64,000 nt of DNA from an uncultured Candidatus Saccharibacteria bacterium (GTDB lineage: Bacteria; Patescibacteriota; Minisyncoccia; UBA6257; 2-01-FULL-56-20). The position numbers were made by a program, and so were the translations under genes. Under the pieces are notes generated by a model. That model ran no database searches. It worked only from the letters and a program-made list of their open reading frames with translations, and was not told the DNA's origin. Shown piece by piece: positions 29,613 to 40,135 of this stretch (position 1 is its first letter; each line of letters begins with the position of its first letter). The stretch spans positions 110,850 to 174,849 of the forward strand of contig OZ246418.1 in the NCBI GenBank assembly GCA_965231155.1, given 5' to 3'.

Positions 29613-31064
29613 ATGGCTGACGAGACCATCCTCCGATTTAACGAAGTATCCTTTGGCTACGGCCACAACAAGCCCATTCTCCATGAGGCCAGTTTTTCTG
29701 TCCGCCGGGGCGCAAAGATTACGCTCATGGGACAGAATGGCGCAGGTAAAAGCACTCTCTTCCAACTCATCCTTGGCAACGCAAAACCCGAGACTGGCTC
29801 TATTGCCCTAGCCCCAAAACTATCTATCGCTATCTCCCGACAGATCATCCCTCACTCAGAGTTAACGCTTACTGTCCAAGAGTTCTTTGCCAAGGTCTTT
29901 CCTCAGAAAGTCTACGACCTCGATCCTCGTATCGAAAAAATTCTTGAAGTCGTCCACCTTAAAGCACCACTCGAAAGGACAGTCGGTTCCTTCTCTGGCG
30001 GACAGCAAGCGCGCTTACTTCTGGCCTCCGCCTTGATTCAGGACCCCGACCTCCTCCTGCTTGATGAGCCAACGAATAATCTGGACAAAGACGGTATCGC
30101 CCACCTCAAACAATTTTTAATCGATTACAAAAAAACCTGTATCGTCATCTCTCATGACGCCCCGTTTTTGAATGCCTTCACGCAGGGCGTCCTGTATCTC
30201 GATCTCTACACCCGCCAGATTGAACAGTACACTGGAAACTATTTTTCAGTGGTGGCCGAAATCTCCAAGCGTATCGAACGCGAACGGATGCAGAACGTCC
30301 GTCTCGAGAAAGATATCTCTCACCGCAAAGAACAAGCTAACTTCTTTGCTCAGAAAGGAGGTCATCTTCGCGACGTAGCCAAGAAGATGCGCGATAAAAT
30401 CGAAGACCTTGAAGAGGAGAAGGTGGATACACGAAAAGAAGACAAAACAATCCGACAGTTCTCTATCCCCTGCCAACCAGAAATCGGTGGAAAGATTGCG
30501 GTGTTCGATTCGATTACAGTGCTCAAAAGTCATAAGCCGGTAAAAAAGAAAGTTGCTCTTGAACTACGTAAGAAAGAGCATCTCCTTCTTACCGGTCCGA
30601 ATGGTATCGGAAAAACCACACTCCTTGAATCAATCGTCAAAGGCACAGCCAACGGGATGACCCTGACTGATGGGGTGATTATTGGCTACTATCGCCAAGA
30701 TTTCAGAACTTTAAATTTCGAGCAGACCGCCTATGAGTCTCTTTCTGATGTTGCTAAAAACTTGAGCGAGGAAGAAATGCGTTCGGTAGCAGCTGGCTTT
30801 CTCCTCAACTCTCAAATTCTCAAAACGAAAATCGGAGATCTTTCCGAAGGACAGAAAGGACTCTTATCATTTGCTCGTTTAGTACTTCAAAAGCCAGGAT
30901 TTCTTATCCTTGACGAGCCAACAAATCATATCAATTTCCGCCATATCCCCGTCATTGCCAAAGCCCTTGATCAGTACGAAGGCGCTATGATCCTGGTCAG
31001 TCACGTACCAGAATTTGTAAAACAGATTCGTATTGATCACACCCTTGATCTCGAATCGATCTAG
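29613..31064 (+). CDS. ABC-F family ribosome-associated ATPase
   Basis: Two NBDs (GQNGAGKST/FSGGQ/LDEPTNNLD and GPNGIGKTT/LSEGQ/LDEPTNH), no TM segments. Confidence 0.92.
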   Translation: MADETILRFNEVSFGYGHNKPILHEASFSVRRGAKITLMGQNGAGKSTLFQLILGNAKPETGSIALAPKLSIAISRQIIPHSELTLTVQEFFAKVFPQKVYDLDPRIEKILEVVHLKAPLERTVGSFSGGQQARLLLASALIQDPDLLLLDEPTNNLDKDGIAHLKQFLIDYKKTCIVISHDAPFLNAFTQGVLYLDLYTRQIEQYTGNYFSVVAEISKRIERERMQNVRLEKDISHRKEQANFFAQKGGHLRDVAKKMRDKIEDLEEEKVDTRKEDKTIRQFSIPCQPEIGGKIAVFDSITVLKSHKPVKKKVALELRKKEHLLLTGPNGIGKTTLLESIVKGTANGMTLTDGVIIGYYRQDFRTLNFEQTAYESLSDVAKNLSEEEMRSVAAGFLLNSQILKTKIGDLSEGQKGLLSFARLVLQKPGFLILDEPTNHINFRHIPVIAKALDQYEGAMILVSHVPEFVKQIRIDHTLDLESI

Positions 31065-31519
31065 TACTCCTCCCGTTTATAAAACGGCCTTAGATGTGAA
31101 GCTAGGCTAAAAGCCAAGGCGATGATAGTGATGTTTTTTAGAATATACTGACCCTCGAGCGTCGGCACGAGAAAGCTCTGCCAAGTCACCGATGGGAGAA
31201 GCACAAGCGGGGCAACGGTGGTCGCTAAATGCGGGATGAGAAAAGCAACTGCCAAACGCTCATATCCAGGCAACAGAAAAAGAAGGCCAATAAGCATTTC
31301 AAATAAACCCAACGCAACAATAAATTGATTAAAGGTGATAAATGGAAGGGTCTGTTGAAGTAGATCACTCACCAAAGGATTTGCTGGACTGGTGCCGAGG
31401 ACTTTCAGAAAACCAAACCAAAAATAGACTACAAATAACGCTATCCGGGCCAGAGGAACGCTGATCCGTCTTAAAAAATGTATGGAAAATCTATCAAACC
31501 AGGCTATGAAACTGGACAT
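31061..31519 (-). CDS. DoxX-like/YkgB-type membrane protein
   Basis: RIALFVVYFWFGFLKV, LGLFEMLIG, PTLEGQYILKN; ATG 31519 lies 7 nt after TATACT (track start 31555). Confidence 0.75.
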   Translation of the reverse strand: MSSFIAWFDRFSIHFLRRISVPLARIALFVVYFWFGFLKVLGTSPANPLVSDLLQQTLPFITFNQFIVALGLFEMLIGLLFLLPGYERLAVAFLIPHLATTVAPLVLLPSVTWQSFLVPTLEGQYILKNITIIALAFSLASHLRPFYKREEY

Positions 31520-31566
31520 CGATATAAGTATAAAGAGTCTCTCAGTGTCCCGCAAATATCAGATTC

Positions 31567-32436
31567 TCAGCTTTCCCTTCGCTTCTCGGTGAATACTTTT
31601 AATCGACCACTCTCGATTACAATGGTAATTGTGCCATCTTTATCAGTCCGAAAGATAGTATTTCCCACAAAATTTTCGAGACGCTGAAGTGTCTCTTTGG
31701 TTGGATGACCATAGCGATTTTCCCCCACTCCAATAACAGCTATCTTGGGACGCACAGCACTGAGAAACTCATTACTGGATGAATACTTGGAACCATGATG
31801 AGAAACCTTCAGAATGTCTGCCTGTAGCGTGTCTCTCTTCCTTAAATACTCTTCGAGATTAGTTCCAATATCAGCCGTAAGGAGGATGGAGGTACTGGCC
31901 ATACGTACATGCGCCACCACTCCAGTGTCATTCAGTTCACCACTCTCCCGAAATGTCACCTCAGGAGAAAGAATCTCAATAATAGCATCCTCCTGAATAA
32001 TCCGATCGCCACGACCAATAAAAATGATAGGAATATTCTTCTCTTTTATCTTATCGACAAGTGTCTGCCACGACAAAGAATCATCATCAGGAGTCCGGCC
32101 AGTCATCAAAAACGCACCAAAATCATAACGATCTAAAAGATCGATAAATCCGCCATAATGATCAAGCTGGGGATGCGTGATAATAGCTAGGTCGACGTAT
32201 TTAGAAGAAGGAAGGGGAACTTTATCCAAGGCACGCGTAGCCGCACGAGAGGGACCGGCATCGGTCATCACCACCACCCCACTGGGAAACTGTACCAACG
32301 AACTATCCCCTTGTCCTACATCAAGCATCACAAACTGTGCCTGAGTCGAAGATGCGATGAGAATCTGACCCCAGAAGATGACATCCAGAAGAACAAGTAG
32401 GCCGATGAGTATAATGCTACGTTGATGATTTTTCAT
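31567..32436 (-). CDS. ComEC-type metallo-beta-lactamase-fold nuclease (stand-alone C-terminal ComEC domain)
   Basis: LDVGQGDS, THPQLDHYGG, LKVSHHGS, NRYGHP, RTDKDGTI (track start 32466). Confidence 0.9.
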   Translation of the reverse strand: MKNHQRSIILIGLLVLLDVIFWGQILIASSTQAQFVMLDVGQGDSSLVQFPSGVVVMTDAGPSRAATRALDKVPLPSSKYVDLAIITHPQLDHYGGFIDLLDRYDFGAFLMTGRTPDDDSLSWQTLVDKIKEKNIPIIFIGRGDRIIQEDAIIEILSPEVTFRESGELNDTGVVAHVRMASTSILLTADIGTNLEEYLRKRDTLQADILKVSHHGSKYSSSNEFLSAVRPKIAVIGVGENRYGHPTKETLQRLENFVGNTIFRTDKDGTITIVIESGRLKVFTEKRRES

Positions 32437-33817
32437 AAGGGAAATAGACATATACAAACCACCCAAGCACTCCGTAATATATGAGAGTCTGCCAGATACC
32501 CCATTGAATTTCCAGTGTGGGGAAAAGGGCTGACATATTAATAATCATCAATATATACGAAAGAAGAATGTGAAGAAAAGGCTGGAAAATTAACCCTAGA
32601 GAAACTTGGAATAGTCCCAAAAAAGCAACAAGAAATCCCAGGGCCATAACGGAAGGTATGAGCCAGAGTATGAGCACATTAGAAACAACCCCCACCAGAG
32701 AAAAAGTAGCAAAACTCATAAGGAGTATCGGAAGTACTCCCAGCTGAGCAGCTATCGTCGTTGCTAAATTATCTTTCCAGTGGAAGAGGGATATATCTTT
32801 CTTCTGCACTCCCAACCAGTGGGCCAGAATTGGTTGCAGTAAGACAATGCCAAGTAAACTGAGAAACGACAGCTGAAAACCTAAATCACTTCCCGGTAGT
32901 GATGGATTCCAAAGGGACATTCCAAGAGCGGCATAGACTAAGGCATACCAAAAACTATGGAGTCGCCCGATCGTCGTCGCAAGGAGGACAAGCCAGCCCA
33001 TAATGGCAGCACGTACAATTGAAGCCTCAGCGCCCACCATCAAGACGAATAATCCAATGCAACACGTGGTAAGTATAAAAAAGAAACGCTTCGAAAATCG
33101 AGATCGTAGCAACCTTTCTATGGCAAGAATAAGAATGCTGATGTTATAACCCGAGAGTGCCACGAGATGAATGGTGCCACTCCGCTCCATCGCCTCTTTG
33201 AACTCGGCGCTAAAATCAGCACGGACACCGAACGTTAAACCACTAATGAGGGCGGCTTCATCGGCCGAGAGAATTTTTTTAAAACTACTTATAAATCTCT
33301 GTTTTATATCGAGAGCTGAAGACTTCGGTGACCAGATAATCCGACCAGTTGGTTCTATAGACGGAAAGACAATCGCATTCCGCACAGGCCAGACATTGTT
33401 TTTAACTACTCCTTTTATTCTGAGTTCTTCTCCATGTTGAAATTCAACTAGTGGCTGAGTAATCATATCGAGACTCCCTCGATAGGGCGAAAGGAGTTCA
33501 ATGGTAATCACCTGAGACTTCTCTGATAATCTTGGCTCTCCAGAAACTATGGCCATAAACTCCTGTTGGCCTTTTGGTACAATCTCATACCGCTCTCTAA
33601 AAACAGCGAACCCATGATAATAAAAAACTCCTAACGTCCCCGCGAGGAGAAAAACAAAAAGTATCTTCTTTGAAACACCCAAAGAGAAAAATTGCACTAC
33701 TCCAACACCGACCAGCCATGAAAACAGGACCCACCAGAAAGATAGTCCGAAGCTGGCGAGCACAAGGCCCAAAAGAAAAGAACTGCTCAGTGAGAAAACT
33801 ACTTCGCTTTTGGCCAT
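32417..33817 (-). CDS. comEC: ComEC/Rec2 competence DNA-uptake channel
   Basis: SGTIHLVALSGYNI, ASIVRAAIMG, DLGFQLSF; OB-like domain after the N-terminal TMs. Confidence 0.92.
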   Translation of the reverse strand: MAKSEVVFSLSSSFLLGLVLASFGLSFWWVLFSWLVGVGVVQFFSLGVSKKILFVFLLAGTLGVFYYHGFAVFRERYEIVPKGQQEFMAIVSGEPRLSEKSQVITIELLSPYRGSLDMITQPLVEFQHGEELRIKGVVKNNVWPVRNAIVFPSIEPTGRIIWSPKSSALDIKQRFISSFKKILSADEAALISGLTFGVRADFSAEFKEAMERSGTIHLVALSGYNISILILAIERLLRSRFSKRFFFILTTCCIGLFVLMVGAEASIVRAAIMGWLVLLATTIGRLHSFWYALVYAALGMSLWNPSLPGSDLGFQLSFLSLLGIVLLQPILAHWLGVQKKDISLFHWKDNLATTIAAQLGVLPILLMSFATFSLVGVVSNVLILWLIPSVMALGFLVAFLGLFQVSLGLIFQPFLHILLSYILMIINMSALFPTLEIQWGIWQTLIYYGVLGWFVYVYFPYEKSST

Positions 33818-34443
33818 TGCTTCCGCCAGGCATTAATTGCGGCGTGATTACCAGAAACGAGAACCGAAGGAACCTTCTGTACCTTGCCATTCATCTTTAC
33901 CTCTGGTGGACGCGTATAGGCGGGATAATACCCTTTCACGTCCTCTAATGACTCGTATGAACCTAAAAATCCTGGGAGAAAACGAGAGACACTTTCCATC
34001 AGCACCAACGCAGGAAGCTCTCCTCCGGAAAGGACATACTCACCAATCGAGATCTCTTCGTCAGCCAGATACTCAGCCACCCGCTCATCAACTCCCTCGT
34101 ACCGACCACAGATCATAATCAGCTGATCATATTTCGAAAGTCTTTTGGCCACTTTCTGATCTAGTTTCTCACCTCGTGTAGAAAAAAGAATAACTCGTGA
34201 CTTTTTTATCTTTTTTGATTGGATCTTTTTTAGAGCTTTCGCAATCGGCTCTGGCTTCAAAACCATACCAGGGCCACCACCAAAAGGTTTATCATCTACC
34301 TTCTGATGTTTGTCTGTAGTGAAATCCCTGAGATTATGCACCTTTACGTCAACTATTTTTTTGGCCCGAGCGCGTTTAAAAAGAGACTCGCCAAGGTACG
34401 AATCAAAAATATTAGGGAAGATCGTGATAATATCAAACCGCAT
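33799..34443 (-). CDS. trmD: tRNA (guanine37-N1)-methyltransferase
   Basis: VDDKPFGGGPGMV, CGRYEGVDERV, SIGEYVLSGGE, YTRPP, LVSGNH. Confidence 0.97.
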   Translation of the reverse strand: MRFDIITIFPNIFDSYLGESLFKRARAKKIVDVKVHNLRDFTTDKHQKVDDKPFGGGPGMVLKPEPIAKALKKIQSKKIKKSRVILFSTRGEKLDQKVAKRLSKYDQLIMICGRYEGVDERVAEYLADEEISIGEYVLSGGELPALVLMESVSRFLPGFLGSYESLEDVKGYYPAYTRPPEVKMNGKVQKVPSVLVSGNHAAINAWRKQWPKAK

Positions 34444-34446
34444 CTT

Positions 34447-36165
34447 CTAGTCCTTATTCTTTAAAGACTCCCCAAGGGAAGCATTGATAGCTTTTCGAAA
34501 ATCATCGATACTCAAATCTTCAGTTGGGACTTTCTTACTCACCTTCGAACTAGTCGGTACTGAAGATGACTCTTTTTTCAGATGATCAAGTGAGAGTGGT
34601 TGAGGAGCCTGAGGAGTGAAACTACGATTTACTTCATGCATTTTTGGACGTTCTTTTGGAGGAAAAGAACGAGGAGCGTCTTTCTGAATAGGTGCAACTG
34701 GCTTCTCTTCGTGAGTGAATTCGATACCCAAAGCACTCAGCGCAGCATGATCCTCTTTGTAGGCCGGCTGACGAGCCTTGAAGGGTTCCGGGCGTTGCCA
34801 CTGCTGGCGCGCTCCCCCGCCTCCTATCGGTGGTTTACCACGAGCCTGAGACTGTCCATCAAAATTACCCATCACGTTACTCCACTTTAAGATCTCTTCC
34901 TCTACCTGCTCCCGAGGTCGTCCGTAACGAACACGAGAAGCTTGGATGATATCCTGTGGCAATGAAGACTTTACCCTAAACGGAGGGAGGGTTGTGGCAG
35001 AAAATGGACGGCTGGTTACCCCATCAACCATCAGTTTTAGGTAAATCTGACGATTGGGAAGTGCTACGAGATCCTGAGGAGTAAACTCTGGATCAAATTC
35101 GTTTTCTAAAAATTCGGCGTCTGCAGCACCAACTCGAAAAACGATCATCGTCCCCACGTTGCCGAATACCGCATCACGCACTTTCGTTGATGTGTCAGTG
35201 ACTAACTGAGCAGTATACTGATGGGCAATGATAAGGTTTAAACGATATTTACGAGCCTCAGAAAGAATTCCCGCAAAAGAATCGGTGGCGAAGTTTTGGA
35301 ACTCGTCGACATACAGATAGAAATCAAGACGCTCCTCTTCTGGAATACGAATACGCTCCATAGCTGAAAGCTGAAGCTGAGTAATCATCATCGCTCCTAA
35401 AAGTGCGGAGTTGTCCTCGCCGATTCTTCCCTTGGAAACATTGACCAAAAAAATCTTCGAGGTGTTCATAATATCGAAAATACTGATTGTACTCTTGGCC
35501 TGTCCAACCACGTTACGGATCATGGCTGTAGACAAAAACTGTCCCACCTTATTCTGAATTGGCGCAATAGCTTCGTTGCGGAACTTATCCTGCCACTGCT
35601 CATACTCGTTTATCCAAAAAGCCTTCACCACCGGATCTTTCACATTGGCCACCACCTGTTGTCGAAAATCTTTGTCGACAAGAATACGGGTGATACCAAG
35701 CAGTGTTGAGTTTGGAGTCTCTAAGAGTGCCAGAATGGCATTATTCAAAATGTACTCCATACGAGCCGACCAGGTGTTGGCCCAGATCTTCGTGAAAATT
35801 CCCATCAGCCCCGAAGCCACTAAATGTTTATATTTTGGATCGGGTAGTTCTAAGGGATTGAAGCCAACAAAGAAATCAGGGTCAGCTGGATTGAAATAAA
35901 TGACATCATCTTTGCGCTCAACTGGAATCTTTTCCAAAAGTTCTTCAACGAACTCACCGTGAGGATCAATAACACAAACCCCGCTGCCATTCACGATATC
36001 CTGGATAACCATATTCTTAATCAGGGTGGTTTTACCAGTACCGGTCTTTCCCACAATATAAGTATGCTGACGTCGATCTCGACGCTTAAAACCAAACAAC
36101 CTATCTTGGTTGCGAAAATTAGTTCGGGCAAAATATACAACTTCTTTCTCTGGATTAGTTTCCAT
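34447..36165 (-). CDS. soluble TrwB/VirD4/HerA-like P-loop ATPase with disordered C-terminal tail (copy 2)
   Basis: RRQHTYIVGKTGTGKT, IDPHGE, LYVDEFQNF, SEARKY, AHQY, GNVGT. Track TTG 36177 overlaps a TATAAT box, so ATG 36165 is preferred. Confidence 0.9.
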   Translation of the reverse strand: METNPEKEVVYFARTNFRNQDRLFGFKRRDRRQHTYIVGKTGTGKTTLIKNMVIQDIVNGSGVCVIDPHGEFVEELLEKIPVERKDDVIYFNPADPDFFVGFNPLELPDPKYKHLVASGLMGIFTKIWANTWSARMEYILNNAILALLETPNSTLLGITRILVDKDFRQQVVANVKDPVVKAFWINEYEQWQDKFRNEAIAPIQNKVGQFLSTAMIRNVVGQAKSTISIFDIMNTSKIFLVNVSKGRIGEDNSALLGAMMITQLQLSAMERIRIPEEERLDFYLYVDEFQNFATDSFAGILSEARKYRLNLIIAHQYTAQLVTDTSTKVRDAVFGNVGTMIVFRVGAADAEFLENEFDPEFTPQDLVALPNRQIYLKLMVDGVTSRPFSATTLPPFRVKSSLPQDIIQASRVRYGRPREQVEEEILKWSNVMGNFDGQSQARGKPPIGGGGARQQWQRPEPFKARQPAYKEDHAALSALGIEFTHEEKPVAPIQKDAPRSFPPKERPKMHEVNRSFTPQAPQPLSLDHLKKESSSVPTSSKVSKKVPTEDLSIDDFRKAINASLGESLKNKD

Positions 36166-36211
36166 GACGCTCTTCAATTATACCTCAAAAATCCTGATAA
36201 AAAACTGGACG

Positions 36212-36640
36212 CTATAGGCCACCCTCCCCCTCCCAAATCGACGAGCGAAACTTATCAGGGTAATATGCCTCAATCTTAATCATAGGGATAGTGGGTATCA
36301 TCCCCTCGGTCATCTTTTCTCTTAAGTTTCTCTCAAGCCCCACCTGATCATATCCCAGGCAAATGAGTTGAGGGGTAACGCTTTTAAAGACTTCATAAGT
36401 CCCAAGAGTTTCATCACCAAGCAGCACCTCAGAAACATCAGGGAATGCTCGTACTTTTTGGAGACGTTCCTCCTCGGATTCTCGGGGTTCCTTATTCTTC
36501 AGAAGTCGCACGGAACTGTTCCGAGCGACCACGACTATTAGTTCGTTCCCATGACTCCTCGCTTGTTTCAAAAGATAATGATGTCCGGGATGCAAACGAT
36601 CAAAAACTCCAAAAACCATCACTTTTTTTGTAGTAGACAT
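36212..36640 (-). CDS. cytidylyltransferase-family nucleotidyltransferase (RibL-like FAD synthase)
   Basis: FGVFDRLHPGH (HxGH), VVVARN, LGYDQ, SS at the C-terminus. Confidence 0.8.
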   Translation of the reverse strand: MSTTKKVMVFGVFDRLHPGHHYLLKQARSHGNELIVVVARNSSVRLLKNKEPRESEEERLQKVRAFPDVSEVLLGDETLGTYEVFKSVTPQLICLGYDQVGLERNLREKMTEGMIPTIPMIKIEAYYPDKFRSSIWEGEGGL

Positions 36641-36686
36641 TAGTTACGCTTCTCACGGTATAGGAGTCTTTTCTCGTAGTCAAATA

Positions 36687-38348
36687 CTAGACAACCTCCG
36701 CCTGATAGCACGCTTCGCAATAGACAATCTCTGGACGATCGGGGGCGTAGTTGGTCTTTATTTCTTTACTGCATTTTCCACAGGCACGACTATGCAGGGT
36801 AAAGTTCCCTCGACGTTTGATGCGATTCATATGTCGGCAGCTAAAGCACCGCCGAGGAATTGGAAGTAGAGCTTTTTTATATATATCAAACTCGGCCTGA
36901 GTGAGACGGTAGTTTCTCTCGCAATCAATACAGGCAAAGATTTCTTTCAAAATATCCTCATCGACGTCCTGAATACGATCAGGAATCTTTTCTGACTTCA
37001 TCGTTTCCTGTCCTTTGGTCATTGGTAATTCGTCTTCCCATCGAAACCCTTGACCAATAGCCTCTTCTTTCGTCAGCGACATATTGTCCTGACTGATTGA
37101 TTCATTATAGGCAAAGAAACTCAGCGCTGGTGGCAGGAAAGATCCATATATCCCCTTCTCTTTCAACTCTCTCACAATCTGTTCGCGAATCTTTTTGTAC
37201 TCTTCCTCGGAATACTTTTTATTGAGAACCGCATAGCTGGCATTCTTCAAACCATCGCACCCGAAACAATTATTATTCCCTCCATTCATCGCAAGAGAGT
37301 ACTCAATGTCATGAGAAGTTTCCACCCACCACGAACCGATAACCCGCTGACTAGAACCCGCACCGACACATTCGATCATTAACTCGGCCTTGCGCCCGTG
37401 CCCTAAGATATCGTAAGAGTCCTTCGCATATTTCGCGGAGAAGGCGTTCTTTAAATTCTCCGAAAACGCTACCTCAAAACAATCGTGACAGTTCTTCGAT
37501 TCAGCAACATAATCCCCTGAGACATCGACAGATTTGAAGTTGTTGTTCTCTCGACGAGGGAATTTCAAAGTAAATACCTTGAACTCCTCCTCGAACTTTT
37601 TTGTCTTTTCGTAACTCCCCACAATTTCCGATACTCGTCTTTTCCACTCATCTTTATCAAGTTGTTCATTTAAAAAACAAAATGATTTATTGCGAAGATT
37701 CACACAGCCGAAACAGTTTGTGCAGTTGGCACAGTTCAAGAGAAACCAGGAGTTAAGACAGTCGCTCACGTTTTGACCCCAGGCTACCCCTGCGCACCGA
37801 TCTAGATTCACTCCTTCGTATGATCGTTCGGACGCATCGGCGTAGTAGGTGTCAACGGTATCCCGACTACTCGACAATCCCCGAGAATACATGCAGTTCT
37901 CATTTTTTGGACTGGAGTTGAAAATTAAATAACAATCTTTGTTATTACCTGCAAAGTTGGTGTACTCGCTATTCACATTCATCCCCATCGCTGCACTACT
38001 ATATAAAGCAGCCTTAGGAACCTTGAGTGCTAATTCTTTCAGCTGATCAAAGAATGGGCGACTTGAATCATACTCTATTCCGTGGCTCATCGGATCCCAC
38101 TTATCTGAAGCCCAACAATCATTACAGTACACAATATAAGGCGACTTCGGATTATACATCGTGATAATGGACCGATTACATAATGCACATATTCGTTTAT
38201 AGAGGGTTGATTCGTTGCGGTACACTGCTCGTCGTTTAAACCGACAGTCTGGGCAAAAAGGAGGCTCCTGGACACCTAGTTTGGCGTAGAATCCTCTATC
38301 TTCGTCGGTTATCTCAAACTCGTTTTTGCAAACCCGGCAGATTTTCAT
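36687..38348 (-). CDS. Cys-rich zinc-ribbon/solenoid-repeat protein, array copy 7
   Basis: CRVC..CPDC, CALC-x17-CNDC, duplicated core, CIDC..CFSC, CGKC-x17-CEAC. ATG 38348 lies 7 nt after TATAAT (track ATG 38357 overlaps the box). Confidence 0.92.
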   Translation of the reverse strand: MKICRVCKNEFEITDEDRGFYAKLGVQEPPFCPDCRFKRRAVYRNESTLYKRICALCNRSIITMYNPKSPYIVYCNDCWASDKWDPMSHGIEYDSSRPFFDQLKELALKVPKAALYSSAAMGMNVNSEYTNFAGNNKDCYLIFNSSPKNENCMYSRGLSSSRDTVDTYYADASERSYEGVNLDRCAGVAWGQNVSDCLNSWFLLNCANCTNCFGCVNLRNKSFCFLNEQLDKDEWKRRVSEIVGSYEKTKKFEEEFKVFTLKFPRRENNNFKSVDVSGDYVAESKNCHDCFEVAFSENLKNAFSAKYAKDSYDILGHGRKAELMIECVGAGSSQRVIGSWWVETSHDIEYSLAMNGGNNNCFGCDGLKNASYAVLNKKYSEEEYKKIREQIVRELKEKGIYGSFLPPALSFFAYNESISQDNMSLTKEEAIGQGFRWEDELPMTKGQETMKSEKIPDRIQDVDEDILKEIFACIDCERNYRLTQAEFDIYKKALLPIPRRCFSCRHMNRIKRRGNFTLHSRACGKCSKEIKTNYAPDRPEIVYCEACYQAEVV

Positions 38349-38355
38349 ACCCTGC

Positions 38356-38385
38356 ATTATACCCCTTGAAAGATGGGAACATCAA
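38356..38385 (-). promoter_or_regulatory. internal promoter of the array (copy 7)
   Basis: TTGATG-18 nt-TATAAT, 7 nt before ATG 38348. Confidence 0.6.
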
Positions 38386-38386
38386 A

Positions 38387-40135
38387 TTAGATGATTTCGC
38401 TTTGGTAGCACTGCTCGCAGTACACCACCTCTGAGCCATCGGGGGTGTAGGTGGTTTCGAACTCATTTGGACATACTCCTTCTGGATGGTGTGAATGGGA
38501 GGCGGTGTTTTGGTGTACTTTGTAATCGCAGTTACACTTTTGATGATAAAGGAAAGGCAGGTTCACCGCTCGAAAACGCCGGAGATGACGACACTCAGGG
38601 CATTCCCGAGGGAGAGCAAGGCCAAATCGCTTCAAGAATTCCAGCTCTTTCTGAATAATGCGGAACGGGCGAGAACAGGTCATACAACCAATGATTTCGT
38701 TGATAATATCGTCTTTTGTTTCAACAACATCGTCTGGAAGATCGTGAGCTTGGAGGGTCGGCTCTCGTTTTGGTTTTTCTAATGGACGCCAGGCAAAACC
38801 ACTAGCCTCAGCAGTTTCTGGAGTTAATGGAAAGTAGTTGTTAGCGATTGTCTCGTTATAAGCGAAAGGAGATATCTCGATAGGGAAAAATTCGCCATAG
38901 CGATACTCCCTTCCCTTTTTGTCGACATAGGGCATTTCGTTCATGTGGGCGATGATCTTTGGAATCATTGCGTCGTACTCTTCTTCAGTGTATTGCTTGT
39001 TTAAGATGCAGTTCGCTTTGCTCCGTAAACCAATACAACCAAAGATATTATTGTTATTGTGACAGTTAACCCCATACTGCACATTGTTCCCTGTCCAAAG
39101 AACGACACCGAAGAGGAGTCGGGAAGCCTGAAGCCCGCTATCGACAAGTTCATACATGAGTTCGGCATGCTCACCAACGCCATATCCGTCATAGGTATCG
39201 GTCATGCCCCAACCCCCGTTCATTACAAACTTACAGTCCTTGTTGTTATTCCACAAATCAAACGCATAGAAACAGTTCGCGGTATGCTCGAGATTATTTC
39301 CTGTAACGTTTTGACAGTTCACCAGATTAGCAAACCGACGAAGCGCTTTCTTTTTTACTTCATTTTTGAATCTATCTTTAAACTTCTCTAGGGCAACATA
39401 ACTTCCAAGATTAAACTCCTTGATTTTATTGAAATACTCCTCCTTCGAATATGGCTCGTTGAAAATATAATACTGCTTGTTCCGTAAGCCAGAACAGCCG
39501 AAACAATTTGTGCAACCTCGGCAGTCATACAAAAAATAGCTATCGGTACAGGAGTCACAATTTTCTGAGAAGAAAGTGGAGTAGAGCTTACTTGAAGCAA
39601 CATCCTCGTAGCAAATTTCCGATTCGCCAATCGCAAAAACATCCATACAATCTTTGGAACCATTGCATCTTGAGGAGTAGGTCACATTTTCACTCCGCCA
39701 ACAAGCCGAAGAAAGATAGACGTCCTTGGTCTGACCGACATGATTCGAATAAGTCGTGTTGACCGCTTCACCATAGAATAAAGCGGGCATAGGAACGGTT
39801 TTCATGAGTTCTTGAAACTGAGTGAAGAATGGCTTAGAAAAGTCATAATCGCGACCGTAGTCTATGGCATCCCAGTTATCCGCCCACCAGGCATCACGGT
39901 CATAGACACGAACGCCGGACTCTTGAGAGAAACAGGACAAGACCTCCTTCCCCGTGGCTTCACAAGTGCGACGATGGAGACTTCTCTCGTTGCGATAGGC
40001 AAATCGCCGCTGCATCCGACAGTTGGGACAAAAGGTTGGCGGTGGAACTTCTATTTTTTTATAGAAATCAAAATCCTCCGAGGCAATCGTGAAGTCTTTT
40101 TTACAGTTCTGGCAGATTCTCTCTCCCTGGTTCAT
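38387..40135 (-). CDS. Cys-rich zinc-ribbon/solenoid-repeat protein, array copy 6
   Basis: 582 aa, same architecture; ATGA overlap with copy 5; CxC..HSH insertion in the last ribbon. Confidence 0.92.
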   Translation of the reverse strand: MNQGERICQNCKKDFTIASEDFDFYKKIEVPPPTFCPNCRMQRRFAYRNERSLHRRTCEATGKEVLSCFSQESGVRVYDRDAWWADNWDAIDYGRDYDFSKPFFTQFQELMKTVPMPALFYGEAVNTTYSNHVGQTKDVYLSSACWRSENVTYSSRCNGSKDCMDVFAIGESEICYEDVASSKLYSTFFSENCDSCTDSYFLYDCRGCTNCFGCSGLRNKQYYIFNEPYSKEEYFNKIKEFNLGSYVALEKFKDRFKNEVKKKALRRFANLVNCQNVTGNNLEHTANCFYAFDLWNNNKDCKFVMNGGWGMTDTYDGYGVGEHAELMYELVDSGLQASRLLFGVVLWTGNNVQYGVNCHNNNNIFGCIGLRSKANCILNKQYTEEEYDAMIPKIIAHMNEMPYVDKKGREYRYGEFFPIEISPFAYNETIANNYFPLTPETAEASGFAWRPLEKPKREPTLQAHDLPDDVVETKDDIINEIIGCMTCSRPFRIIQKELEFLKRFGLALPRECPECRHLRRFRAVNLPFLYHQKCNCDYKVHQNTASHSHHPEGVCPNEFETTYTPDGSEVVYCEQCYQSEII